Of a DNA stretch of 64,000 bases, positions 10,644 through 19,424 are shown one piece after another. How positions within the stretch are numbered: position 1 is the stretch's first letter; each line of letters opens with the position of its first letter. The DNA comes from an uncultured Spirochaetota bacterium (lineage in GTDB: Bacteria; Spirochaetota; Spirochaetia; SZUA-6; Fen-1364): positions 2,560,001 through 2,624,000 of the forward strand of contig CAWGAA010000001.1 of the NCBI GenBank assembly GCA_963820525.1, in the 5' to 3' direction. The position numbers and the translations under genes are program-made. The notes beneath the pieces were generated by a model. That model was not told where the DNA came from and searched no databases. It saw only the letters and a list, made by a program, of their open reading frames with translations.

Positions 10644-11441
10644 TCAATCCTCGAGCTTTCCCGAGCGTTCGGCGGTGATGTAGCCCATGCAGAAAGGATC
10701 CTTTCCCGCCAGCATCTCCGCAGCGAATATCGCCGCCATCAGGCTCCTGTCCAGCGGATCCACGATCGCCGCATCCATTCCTCTGGCCACCGCCATAGTC
10801 ACGAACACCCGATTGACCAGCTTGCGCCGGGGAAGGCCGTAGGAGACGTTGGAAAGTCCGCAGACCCTGTGCACCTGAGGGTGGCTTGCCGCGAGCCTCT
10901 CCACGACCGAAAGGGCCCCGGCCGCGGAGTCCGTGTTCGTGCTGACCGGGCGGATGAGCGGATCAGAGAATATGTGGTCGGGAGGCACTCCATCGTCCTC
11001 GAGGCGCTTGATGAGGGCGTCTGCCACGGCATAGACCTTGTCCATGTCGTCGGTCATGCCGCTGTCGTCGAGGCTGAGGGCAATCACGCGCGCGTCGTGG
11101 GCGCGAACCAGAGGGAGGATGGCCGTATAACGGTCCCTCTCCGCGGAAATCGAGTTCACGAAGGGATCTTTACCGGCAAGGGCGAGGCCCGCCTCCACGG
11201 CCTCGAGACGCGGAGAGTCGATGGACAGGGGAGCGTCCGTGGCCCTTCGCACGGCCGCGATCATCCATGCAAGGGCTTGCGGCTCTCCCGAGGCGAAAGC
11301 GCCGGCGTTTACGTCGATCCACTGGGCGCCGGCTTCCGCCTGCTTTCGGGCAAGGCCCTCGATGACGGAAGAATCCCTCTCTTCGACGGCCTTCCTCACC
11401 CGCGCGCGCGTGGAGTTGATGAGCTCTCCAATGATGAGCAT
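10644..11441 (-). CDS. Pterin-binding methyltransferase (methyl-THF:corrinoid methyltransferase, AcsE/MetH-folate-domain-like)
   Basis: MLIIGELINSTR, IDVNAG, LSIDSP, NSIS, DPL, GLSNVSYGLP..R, GMDAAIVDP. Start reassigned to ATG at 11441. Confidence 0.85.
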   Translation of the reverse strand: MLIIGELINSTRARVRKAVEERDSSVIEGLARKQAEAGAQWIDVNAGAFASGEPQALAWMIAAVRRATDAPLSIDSPRLEAVEAGLALAGKDPFVNSISAERDRYTAILPLVRAHDARVIALSLDDSGMTDDMDKVYAVADALIKRLEDDGVPPDHIFSDPLIRPVSTNTDSAAGALSVVERLAASHPQVHRVCGLSNVSYGLPRRKLVNRVFVTMAVARGMDAAIVDPLDRSLMAAIFAAEMLAGKDPFCMGYITAERSGKLED

Positions 11442-11604
11442 GGCATTCCTCACTCGGGAGCGGCTGTGGGCTCGGCGGCTCGAAAACCCGTCTGCTGCGG
11501 CCCACGGGGACTTCCCACTATACGGAGGAAGGAGAGCCAAGGTCAATAATGGAGCCGTCGTCGCCGCCTGATGCCGGTTTGCTTATCTTAAGGGAGAGGA
11601 ATTC

Positions 11605-12672
11605 ATGTTCGAAAAATTCGACCCGCGGGAAGGAAAGCGGATTTCCCTGCTCGACCCTTCTGGAGTTCTTTTGGCCGATACTCAGGGTTTGCCCCTGTTG
11701 AGCGACGAACTTGCCCTGGCCGCCTACCGTTCGATGGTCCTCGCGAGGGAGGCGGACCAGTGGGCCGTGAGCCTGAACCGCCAGGGAAGGATGCCCACCT
11801 ACGTCGTGAACAAGGGCCAGGAAGCGAGCTCGGCCGGTGCTCTCATGGCAATCAGCGGCGACGACTGGTTCGTCCCGGCGTATCGGGAGCTCGCGGGGAT
11901 GATTGTCCGAGGAGTCCCCTTGAGGCAGATCTTCCTCTACTGGTACGGCAATGAAGAGGGAAGCCGCCTGCCCAGAGACGAGCTTCACATGCTGCCCCTT
12001 GCCGTGCCCGTGGGCAGCCAGATCGTCCACGCGGTCGGGATCGCGTACGCCGAGCGCTTCCTTGGTTCAGGGAGAATCGTTCTCACATTCATGGGCGAGG
12101 GTGCGACCTCCGAGGGCGACTTCCATGAGGCATGCAATCTGGCCGGGGTCTGGAAATCGGGAGTCATCTTTTTCGCTCAGAACAACCAATGGGCAATCAG
12201 CCTCCCGCGCGAGAAACAGACCGCCTCCCGGACCCTGGCCGAAAAGGCCTTCGCGTACGGCTTCGAAGGGGTCGTGGTTGACGGAAACGACATCTTCGCG
12301 GTCTACGCGGCTGTCAGCCTTGCAGCGGCAAAGGCGCGCGAGGGCGGGGGACCGACGCTCATTGAGGGCTTCACCTACCGGCTCGGCGCTCACACGACGG
12401 CCGATGACCCCTCCCGCTATCGGCGGGACGAGGAGGTGAGCAGATGGATTCCCCTGGACCCCATCCCTCGGCTGGAGCGGTATCTCCTTTCAAAGGGGCA
12501 TCTTTCGGAATCCCAAATCGACTCGATCCGCGAAGAATCGCTCGCCTCGGCGCGCCGTGAGTTCGAGGAAGCCGAAAAGACGGCGGACCCGGCCCTGGAG
12601 GAAGTCTTCCGCTACCTCTACGAGCGGATGCCGGAGAGCCTCTCCGCTCAAATGGAGAGGAGGAGGCGATGA
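11605..12672 (+). CDS. pdhA: 2-oxoacid (pyruvate or branched-chain) dehydrogenase E1 alpha
   Basis: GQEA, GEGATSEGDFHE...NNQWAIS TPP motif, YRLGAHTTADDPSRYR. Substrate not determinable from sequence. Confidence 0.88.
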   Translation: MFEKFDPREGKRISLLDPSGVLLADTQGLPLLSDELALAAYRSMVLAREADQWAVSLNRQGRMPTYVVNKGQEASSAGALMAISGDDWFVPAYRELAGMIVRGVPLRQIFLYWYGNEEGSRLPRDELHMLPLAVPVGSQIVHAVGIAYAERFLGSGRIVLTFMGEGATSEGDFHEACNLAGVWKSGVIFFAQNNQWAISLPREKQTASRTLAEKAFAYGFEGVVVDGNDIFAVYAAVSLAAAKAREGGGPTLIEGFTYRLGAHTTADDPSRYRRDEEVSRWIPLDPIPRLERYLLSKGHLSESQIDSIREESLASARREFEEAEKTADPALEEVFRYLYERMPESLSAQMERRRR

Positions 12673-13652
12673 GGGCCCTGACGATCCTCGATGCCGTGAC
12701 CGAGGCGATCTCCACCGAGATGGAGAGAGACTCTTCCGTGGTTGTGTTCGGAGAGGACGTGGGCCTGGAGGGCGGGGTCTTCCGCGCCACCGCCGGGATC
12801 CAGGAAAGGTTCGGCGAGGCGCGCTGTTTCGACACGCCGCTGTCCGAATCGGGAATCGTGGGGGCCGCCATCGGAATGGCCGTAGCGGGCCTCCGCCCCG
12901 TCGTGGAGATCCAGTTCGCGGGATTCGCCTACTCCGCCTTCAATCAGATCGTCAACCACGCGGCGCGGATGCGTAACCGGAGCCGGGGAGCGCTCTCCGT
13001 ACCGCTCGTGGTCCGCATGCCCTACGGAGGGGGGATCCGGGCCCCGGAGCACCACTCCGAGAGCATGGAGGCGATATTCGCGCACGTTCCCGGCCTCAAG
13101 GTCGTGATCCCTTCGACCCCCCACGATACGAAAGGCCTCCTCGCCGCGGCGATTCGCGATCCCGACCCCGTCATCTTCATGGAGCCGGCGCGGATCTACA
13201 GGTCGGTCAGGCAGCACGTCCCGGAGGAGCCCTACACGGTGGAGATCGGCAGGGCGAAGATCGAAAGGCCCGGCGCAGACCTCACGATCGTATCGTACGG
13301 CGCGCAGATGAAAGAGGTGCGGGAAGCGGCGGCCGCGCTCTCGGAGGATGGGATCTCGGCCGAGGTGATAGACCTCAGGACCATCTATCCCGTGGATGCT
13401 CCCCTCGTCGTGGAATCGGTGAAAAAGACGGGCCGCCTGCTCGTGGTCCATGAAGGGCCCCAGAGCTTCGGCGTGGGAGGCGAGCTCCTGGCGACAATCG
13501 CGGAAGAGGCCTTCGAATACCTGGAAGCCCCTCCGGCCCGCCTGTCGGGCGCCGACTGCGTTTTCCCCCTGCCCAGAAGCGAACGACACTACCTCATCGG
13601 CGCGCCGCTGATCCTGGCGGAGTCCAGGCGGGTGATGTCGTACCAACCATAG
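12669..13652 (+). CDS. pdhB: 2-oxoacid dehydrogenase E1 beta
   Basis: GEDVGLEGGVFRAT, DTPLSESGI, EIQF, EHHS, EVIDLRT. Confidence 0.9.
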   Translation: MRALTILDAVTEAISTEMERDSSVVVFGEDVGLEGGVFRATAGIQERFGEARCFDTPLSESGIVGAAIGMAVAGLRPVVEIQFAGFAYSAFNQIVNHAARMRNRSRGALSVPLVVRMPYGGGIRAPEHHSESMEAIFAHVPGLKVVIPSTPHDTKGLLAAAIRDPDPVIFMEPARIYRSVRQHVPEEPYTVEIGRAKIERPGADLTIVSYGAQMKEVREAAAALSEDGISAEVIDLRTIYPVDAPLVVESVKKTGRLLVVHEGPQSFGVGGELLATIAEEAFEYLEAPPARLSGADCVFPLPRSERHYLIGAPLILAESRRVMSYQP

Positions 13653-13668
13653 GCCCCGGAGGTCACCC

Positions 13669-14865
13669 ATGCGCTTTTCCTTCGCCTTCCCCGACATCGG
13701 AGAGGGCCTCACCGAGGGAAAGATCATCCAGCTCAAGGTCAAGCCCGGTGACATCGTGCGCCAGGGAGACGCTCTGGCCATCGTGGAAACGGACAAGGTC
13801 GTGACGGAGATCCCTTCACCACGGGACGGAGTGGTCGTGGAGCTTGCCATGAGCGAAGGCGGGACCGTGCGGGTGGGCGAGATGATTGCCGTTATCGAGA
13901 CCGCTCAGGATGGGAGCGCCTCCGTGGTGGGAAAACTTGAGAATACCGGGGACATGCTTGCTCCAAGCGAAGAAAGCGGAGACCTGCCGCCGGCTGCCGA
14001 ACGCCCTGCTTCCCGGGCCAAGCCGCTCGCATCTCCCGTTGCCCGGAAGCTCGCGGCAGAGCGCGGCATAGAGCTGGATGGCTTTCCCGGTTCGGGCCCG
14101 GGAGGCAGGATATTGAAAAAGGACATCGAGCAGGCGGCCGCCAAAATGCGCCGGCCGGCCGGCCCCGAGCCTTCATTGCAGGCGGCAGGAAGCCAGGAGC
14201 TTTCCACGATCAGGAAGGCCATCGCTTCCAACATGGAGAGAAGCCAGGGAATTCCCGCTGCCGTGGTCCACGATTTCATCGAAGTGGACGGACTTGTTGC
14301 GCTGAGGAAGGAGCTTGCCGCTCAGGCGGGGAGAAAGATCGGCTTCCTTCCGTTCTTCGTCAAGGCCGCGGCAATCGCCCTCGAGGAGCATCCGCTTCTC
14401 AACTCGAGCTTTACGCCCGAATCCATGACATACCAGCGCAATGACGCTGCCCATATCGGGGTGGCTGTGGACACGGAGGAGGGGCTCGTCGTACCTGTGA
14501 TCCGTGACGCGGCCCGCCTTCCCATCATAAGGCTTCAGGAGGAGATCGACGGCCTTGCGGAGAAGGCGCGAGGGCGCCGCATCTCGGTAGGCGAGCTCCG
14601 GGGAGGGACGTTCACCGTGAGCAACTTCGGGGTGTTCGCAGGAACATACGGCAAGCCGATGATCCTTCCCCCCCAGGTGGGCATCCTGGGGACGGGACGG
14701 ATCCACCAGGCCGCCGTGGTTCGGGACGGCGCGATCCAAGCGGCGCATATCCTGCCGCTGTCTCTCGTCTTCGATCACCGCCTGATAGACGGGATGTACG
14801 CCTGCCGCTTCCTTGCCCGCTTCATGGACCTTGTCGCGAAGCCGCTCATGATCCTGTCCGGCTGA
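13669..14865 (+). CDS. pdhC: Dihydrolipoamide acyltransferase E2
   Basis: Lipoyl domain (ETDKV), peripheral-subunit-binding domain (ASPVARKLA...GSGPGGRI), catalytic DHRLIDG. Confidence 0.9.
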   Translation: MRFSFAFPDIGEGLTEGKIIQLKVKPGDIVRQGDALAIVETDKVVTEIPSPRDGVVVELAMSEGGTVRVGEMIAVIETAQDGSASVVGKLENTGDMLAPSEESGDLPPAAERPASRAKPLASPVARKLAAERGIELDGFPGSGPGGRILKKDIEQAAAKMRRPAGPEPSLQAAGSQELSTIRKAIASNMERSQGIPAAVVHDFIEVDGLVALRKELAAQAGRKIGFLPFFVKAAAIALEEHPLLNSSFTPESMTYQRNDAAHIGVAVDTEEGLVVPVIRDAARLPIIRLQEEIDGLAEKARGRRISVGELRGGTFTVSNFGVFAGTYGKPMILPPQVGILGTGRIHQAAVVRDGAIQAAHILPLSLVFDHRLIDGMYACRFLARFMDLVAKPLMILSG

Positions 14866-16123
14866 ACAGCGGCGATACCTTCTCCGCGTCGAAGGAGTAG
14901 AGGACCTCCTGGAAGCCGGACCGAAACTCCTTCACCTCGTCCCCCATGTATTTCTTTTCGATGAGGATCTTCTTGAAGAAGGTGGCGATCCTTTCCATCT
15001 CCGGCTCCTTCATGCCGACCCGGGTCATCTCCTGCACGCCGAGGCGCACCCCGGCCGGATTGGTCACCTTGTCCAGCGGCTCGAAGGGAAGGAGGTTCAT
15101 GTTGGTGATGATCCTGTTGTCCTTCAGGGTCCGTGCGGCGGCGTCACCGCCGCTGAACTCCGACATGTCGATCGCCACCTGATGGCTCTCCGTGAAGCCG
15201 AACTTCTCCGCCTGGACCTTGAAGCCTTCCTCGAAGAGCCGGGCGGCCAGGCACTTGGCGTTGGCCACGACCTGCCGCGCGTACTCCGCGCCGAACTCCA
15301 TCATCTCGTAGGTGGCAATGGAAAGGGCAACGAGAGTCTCCAGGTGATGGTTGGACGAGGAGCCGGGGAAGGCGCCCTTGTCGATCCGCCGCCATTCCTC
15401 GTCGTCCACGTTGCTCATGATCAGGCCGCGCTGGGACCCGAAGAAGGTCTTGTGGGTGCTCGCCGTCATGAGGGGCGCCCCCTCGGCGAGGGGATCCTGG
15501 AACTGGTGGCCCGCAATGAGCCCCAGCACATGGGCCGCGTCATAGATGAGGGCGATCCCCTTCCTGCGGCACAGCGAGGAGAGCTCCTTCACCGGCTCCG
15601 GGAAGAGGAACAGGCTCTTGCCCATGATGAGGACCTTGGGCTCCAGAGACTTCATCAGCTCCACGGTACGATCCACGTCGATATGGTAGCCGTCCGCGGT
15701 GAGAGGAAAGTTCACGATGTTCTTCGTGTACTTGCCGACGGAGCCCGCGCGGTGATGGCTGATGTGACCGCCCGCCGGGGTGGAGTTCACCATGACGACG
15801 TCTCCCGGCCGGATGTAGCGGCTGAACACCGCATCGTTGGCGATGGTGCCGCTGATGGGGCGCACGTCGGCGTGCCTGCAGCGGAAGATCGTCTTCACCT
15901 GCTGCTTGAGGAGGCCCTCGATCTCGTCGATGATCTCGGTCCCCTGATAGTAGCGTTCTCCCGGATGGCCCTCGGCGTAGCGGTGGGCGAAGTCGGAGCC
16001 CATGATGCCCCGCGTGCGCAGGCTCGTCACGTTCTCGCTGGCGATGAGGTTGATGCACCTGCTGCGCCAATCGTTTTGCTGCTTCACCAGCTCCTCGATG
16101 TGCGCGATATTCATTTCGTACAT
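14846..16123 (-). CDS. glyA: Serine hydroxymethyltransferase (archaeal-like sequence type)
   Basis: LIASEN, YAEGHPGERYYQG, GGHISH, DAAH, STHKT (PLP Lys), FPGSSSNHH. Confidence 0.93.
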   Translation of the reverse strand: MYEMNIAHIEELVKQQNDWRSRCINLIASENVTSLRTRGIMGSDFAHRYAEGHPGERYYQGTEIIDEIEGLLKQQVKTIFRCRHADVRPISGTIANDAVFSRYIRPGDVVMVNSTPAGGHISHHRAGSVGKYTKNIVNFPLTADGYHIDVDRTVELMKSLEPKVLIMGKSLFLFPEPVKELSSLCRRKGIALIYDAAHVLGLIAGHQFQDPLAEGAPLMTASTHKTFFGSQRGLIMSNVDDEEWRRIDKGAFPGSSSNHHLETLVALSIATYEMMEFGAEYARQVVANAKCLAARLFEEGFKVQAEKFGFTESHQVAIDMSEFSGGDAAARTLKDNRIITNMNLLPFEPLDKVTNPAGVRLGVQEMTRVGMKEPEMERIATFFKKILIEKKYMGDEVKEFRSGFQEVLYSFDAEKVSPLFSRTGS

Positions 16124-16182
16124 CCCGCTTCTCTCCAATCCCTTGAGCGTTGTTTACAGCGCGCGCGAGGCGGGCCACCTCG

Positions 16183-17436
16183 CTAATGCTTGAAACTCCT
16201 CTGGCCCGTGAACACCATGGCGACGCCGGATTCGTTACAGGCCTCGATTGATTCGAAATCACGCTCGGAGCCCCCGGGCTGCACCACGGCCGTGACCCCT
16301 TCGCGGATCCCCACGTCCACCCCGTCGCGGAACGGGAAAAAGCCGTCGGATACCATGCAGGAGCCCGCGATCCCGCCCTTCTGGCGCGACACTTCCCGGT
16401 CTATCTCGGCCCGCGCCTCAGGCTTGGCAAGGCCGCTGTACGGGGTCGTGAAGGCTTCCCACGAGAGCCTGTCCGCGAGCTTCCTGTACGCCTTGTCCCG
16501 CGCGATCTCGGCCACTCCCACCCGATCCTGCTCGCCCGTGCCGATCCCCACCGTCGCGCCGTCCTTGACGTAAATCACGGAGTTGCTCGAGACGCCCGAT
16601 TCGACCAGCCATCCGAAGAGCAGATCCTGGTATTCCCGCTCGGTGGGCATCCGCGCGATGCGATACTCCTTGCCCTTGCACGAGGCCTGGGCGGGGAGAA
16701 AGTCCCCGATCTCCAGGGTCCTGGGGACGAAGGAGGACTGGGCCACGATCCCGCCGTCGATGAGGCTCTTGAAGTCCACGTACCGCTCGCCGATGAAATC
16801 ACGCAGGCGCGCCATGTTGGCGATTCGCATCACGCGGAGGTTCTTCCACGTGGAGAAGATCTCCATGACCCCCGGCGCAAACTCCGGCGCCACGACAACC
16901 TCGGCGTAGGTTTCCGCGATGAGCTCGGCCGTCCGCTTATCCACTTCCCGGTTCAAGGCGATTGCGCCCCCGAAGGCGGCCAGCCTGTCGGCCATGTGGG
17001 CGCGCTGATACGCATCTGCAAGGCTCTCGCCCTTTGCCACACCGCAGGGGTTGTTGTGCTTCACGATCACGGCGCAGGGGGTGTCGCTGAAATAGCGCAG
17101 GATATTGATCGCATTGTCGCAGTCCGTGATATTGATCTTGCCCGGGTGCTTGCCGGACTGCAGGAGCTCCACGTCGGAGGCAAGGTACCTTCCGGGCTGG
17201 ATCGTCGTCACCTCACCCAGGGCGAGGTTGCCGTTCACCAGGCGGTACAATGCGGCCTCCTGACCGGGATTCTCCCCGTAGCGAAGGCCCTTCTCTTCTC
17301 CCCCGATGACCCAGCTCACCTTCTTGAAGACCAGCGTCTGCCTTCCCGACTCCCCGACAAAGGAAATTTCCATCCCGTCGGGGAAATGATCTTCCATTAT
17401 TCTCTTGTAGGCGGATTTGAAATCGGGCGCGCTCAT
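16183..17436 (-). CDS. purH: AICAR transformylase domain of PurH as a stand-alone gene
   Basis: LRYGENPGQEA, VKHNNPCGVA, AFGG, SDGFFPFRDG, VQPGGS, FTGQRSFKH. No N-terminal MGS-like domain. Confidence 0.88.
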   Translation of the reverse strand: MSAPDFKSAYKRIMEDHFPDGMEISFVGESGRQTLVFKKVSWVIGGEEKGLRYGENPGQEAALYRLVNGNLALGEVTTIQPGRYLASDVELLQSGKHPGKINITDCDNAINILRYFSDTPCAVIVKHNNPCGVAKGESLADAYQRAHMADRLAAFGGAIALNREVDKRTAELIAETYAEVVVAPEFAPGVMEIFSTWKNLRVMRIANMARLRDFIGERYVDFKSLIDGGIVAQSSFVPRTLEIGDFLPAQASCKGKEYRIARMPTEREYQDLLFGWLVESGVSSNSVIYVKDGATVGIGTGEQDRVGVAEIARDKAYRKLADRLSWEAFTTPYSGLAKPEARAEIDREVSRQKGGIAGSCMVSDGFFPFRDGVDVGIREGVTAVVQPGGSERDFESIEACNESGVAMVFTGQRSFKH

Positions 17437-18131
17437 GACGAGGAGCTCCGGTTCTTCACGGAATAGCAGGCTGCCATGTCCTGGAATGAAAGCCGGGAAA
17501 GATGCGCGGCGATGGCCCCGTCATAGTCCGCCGTGAGGCGGAAGGCCTTCTGGGCCAGGCGGAAACGCGTGGCCAGGGAGAGAAGCCCGCCGGTGGATGA
17601 AAGCTCCTCAACGACTCCCCTGTAGTCCGAGGGATCGGTGACCGCCGCGACCCTGTGGAAATTCTTTGCTGCGGCGCGGACCATGCAGGGCCCGCCGATG
17701 TCGATGTTTCCCCGTGCCGCCTCGGGGCTTGCGCCGGCGGCGGCGATCGTCTTCTGGAAGGGATAGAGATTGACCACGACCATGTCGATGGGTGACGCGC
17801 CCAGCCGTCCGAGGTCGTCCTGGTGGGCCGGATTGTAGGTCTCGGAGAGAAGGCCGAGATAGATCTTGAAGTCCAGCGTCTTCACCAATCCGCCCTGCAT
17901 CTCCGGCTGACCGGTGTACGCGGAGACCTGCATGAGGGTGCCGGAGGCGCGCGGGCCGAGGATCCGGGCGATCTCGGCATGGGTTCCGCCGGTTGAAAGG
18001 ATCCGCGCCTTCGGGTTGGCGGCAAGGAGGCCGGTCACCAGAACCTCGAGCCCCGCCTTGTCGGAAACGCTCACGAGTACGGTCCGTAGCGCGACGCGAT
18101 CGTCGATGGATTGGACTGTGTTGATGGCCAT
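17433..18131 (-). CDS. IMP cyclohydrolase (MGS-like N-terminal domain of PurH) as a stand-alone gene
   Basis: SVSDKAGL, STGGT, GGLVKTL, VVVNLYPF, NIDIGGPCMVRAAAKN. GGAGG SD upstream. Confidence 0.88.
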   Translation of the reverse strand: MAINTVQSIDDRVALRTVLVSVSDKAGLEVLVTGLLAANPKARILSTGGTHAEIARILGPRASGTLMQVSAYTGQPEMQGGLVKTLDFKIYLGLLSETYNPAHQDDLGRLGASPIDMVVVNLYPFQKTIAAAGASPEAARGNIDIGGPCMVRAAAKNFHRVAAVTDPSDYRGVVEELSSTGGLLSLATRFRLAQKAFRLTADYDGAIAAHLSRLSFQDMAACYSVKNRSSSS

Positions 18132-18166
18132 GGCGCCTCCTTTGCCGGGGATTGTCTTGAGCCGCC

Positions 18167-18195
18167 ATGCTATTCGTTTTTCGATCCTGATTCAA
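18167..18195 (-). promoter_or_regulatory. Putative sigma70 promoter of the purH/glyA operon
   Basis: Minus strand TTGAAT-17 bp-TAGCAT, about 35 bp upstream of the ATG. Confidence 0.5.
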
Positions 18196-18230
18196 GGGAG
18201 AACTCAGGATGAGAGCGCCCCCGCGGCGCT

Positions 18231-19424
18231 TTACTTTCCGCCGGAGAGCAGGGCCGTGATCCAGGGGATGGCGATGAAGTTGCCGATCATTCCGCCTATG
18301 CTGGAAAGAAAGAAGACGAGGAGAATATGCGTGACGCGGTTCCTGTAGAACCCCGTGAAGCTCGCCACGTCATCCTGGAGCCTCTCGAAGTCCTGGACCC
18401 GCGGCTTTCTCAGGAACGCCTCTGAGATTCCCGTGAAAAGCCCGATGCCGACAAACGGGTTCAAGGTGGCGATGGGGGCGCCGAGGAACGCAACGAGGAT
18501 GGTGAGGGGATGGGCAAAGGCGGCCAGGGCGCCGAGCGCGGCCAGCCCTCCATTGGCCAGAAGCCATTTCAACGCGAGATCCAGGCTCATCTGCCAGCCG
18601 GACTTGAGAAAGCCCAGGGCGAAAATGGCGACGAGCGCCGCGGGGACCACCCAGGGCAGGATTCGGGAGGCCGCCGTTTTTTGGGGAAGCCGGTCCAGGG
18701 GGGAGATGTCCTCGGACTGCCGTCCCTGCGCCAGGGCATCGATGTGGGCGCTGATCCCCGACAGGTGCCCCGCCCCGACCACGGCGACCAGCTTCTTTCC
18801 CTCGGCCTGGAATATCTTCGTCGCGAGGTAGCGGTCCCGTTCGTCGATGAGGACCTCCTTGGCGGGCGGCAGGTATTCGGCGAGCTCTTCCATCATCGTG
18901 GCCAGGACGTCCTTCTGCTTGAGCTTCTCGATCTCGGCGGCATCGAGCTTCTCGTCGGAGAACACGGCGGAAACCATGGCCGCCAGCATCTTGCTCTTTC
19001 CCCAGAGGCCGGTCCGCCCCCACGCCCTGCGCAGCGTGACCTGGATGTTCCTGTCGCACAGCGAGTAGGGGATACCCAGCTCCTCTGCAGTTTGGACCGA
19101 AGCGAGCATCTCCTCCCCCGGTCTCACCCCGAGGTCGGAGCCCAGCTTTCGCTGAAACGAGGCCAAGACGAGGTTTGCCAGGAGGAGAAATCCCTTCCCT
19201 TCGCGCAGCACCTTGCCGACATTCAAGTTTTGCCAGGAGCTTCCCTGGGTCATGGATGCGTGGCGGCTCGCGTCGAGCTCCACGCACACCCGATCGGGGC
19301 GTTCCTCCGTAATGACGCGGCGGACCTCCTCGACGCTCTCGCGCGAGACGTGGGCGGTGCCCACCAATACGATCTCCTTGCCGCCCACGTTTAGCCGAAC
19401 GATCCCCTGCTCCGTGGCTTCCAT
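18231..19424 (-). CDS. TraB/PrgY/GumN family protein
   Basis: LVGTAHVS, VCVELD, RPGEEM, LIDERD, VVGAGH and C-terminal TM helices. Confidence 0.9.
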   Translation of the reverse strand: MEATEQGIVRLNVGGKEIVLVGTAHVSRESVEEVRRVITEERPDRVCVELDASRHASMTQGSSWQNLNVGKVLREGKGFLLLANLVLASFQRKLGSDLGVRPGEEMLASVQTAEELGIPYSLCDRNIQVTLRRAWGRTGLWGKSKMLAAMVSAVFSDEKLDAAEIEKLKQKDVLATMMEELAEYLPPAKEVLIDERDRYLATKIFQAEGKKLVAVVGAGHLSGISAHIDALAQGRQSEDISPLDRLPQKTAASRILPWVVPAALVAIFALGFLKSGWQMSLDLALKWLLANGGLAALGALAAFAHPLTILVAFLGAPIATLNPFVGIGLFTGISEAFLRKPRVQDFERLQDDVASFTGFYRNRVTHILLVFFLSSIGGMIGNFIAIPWITALLSGGK

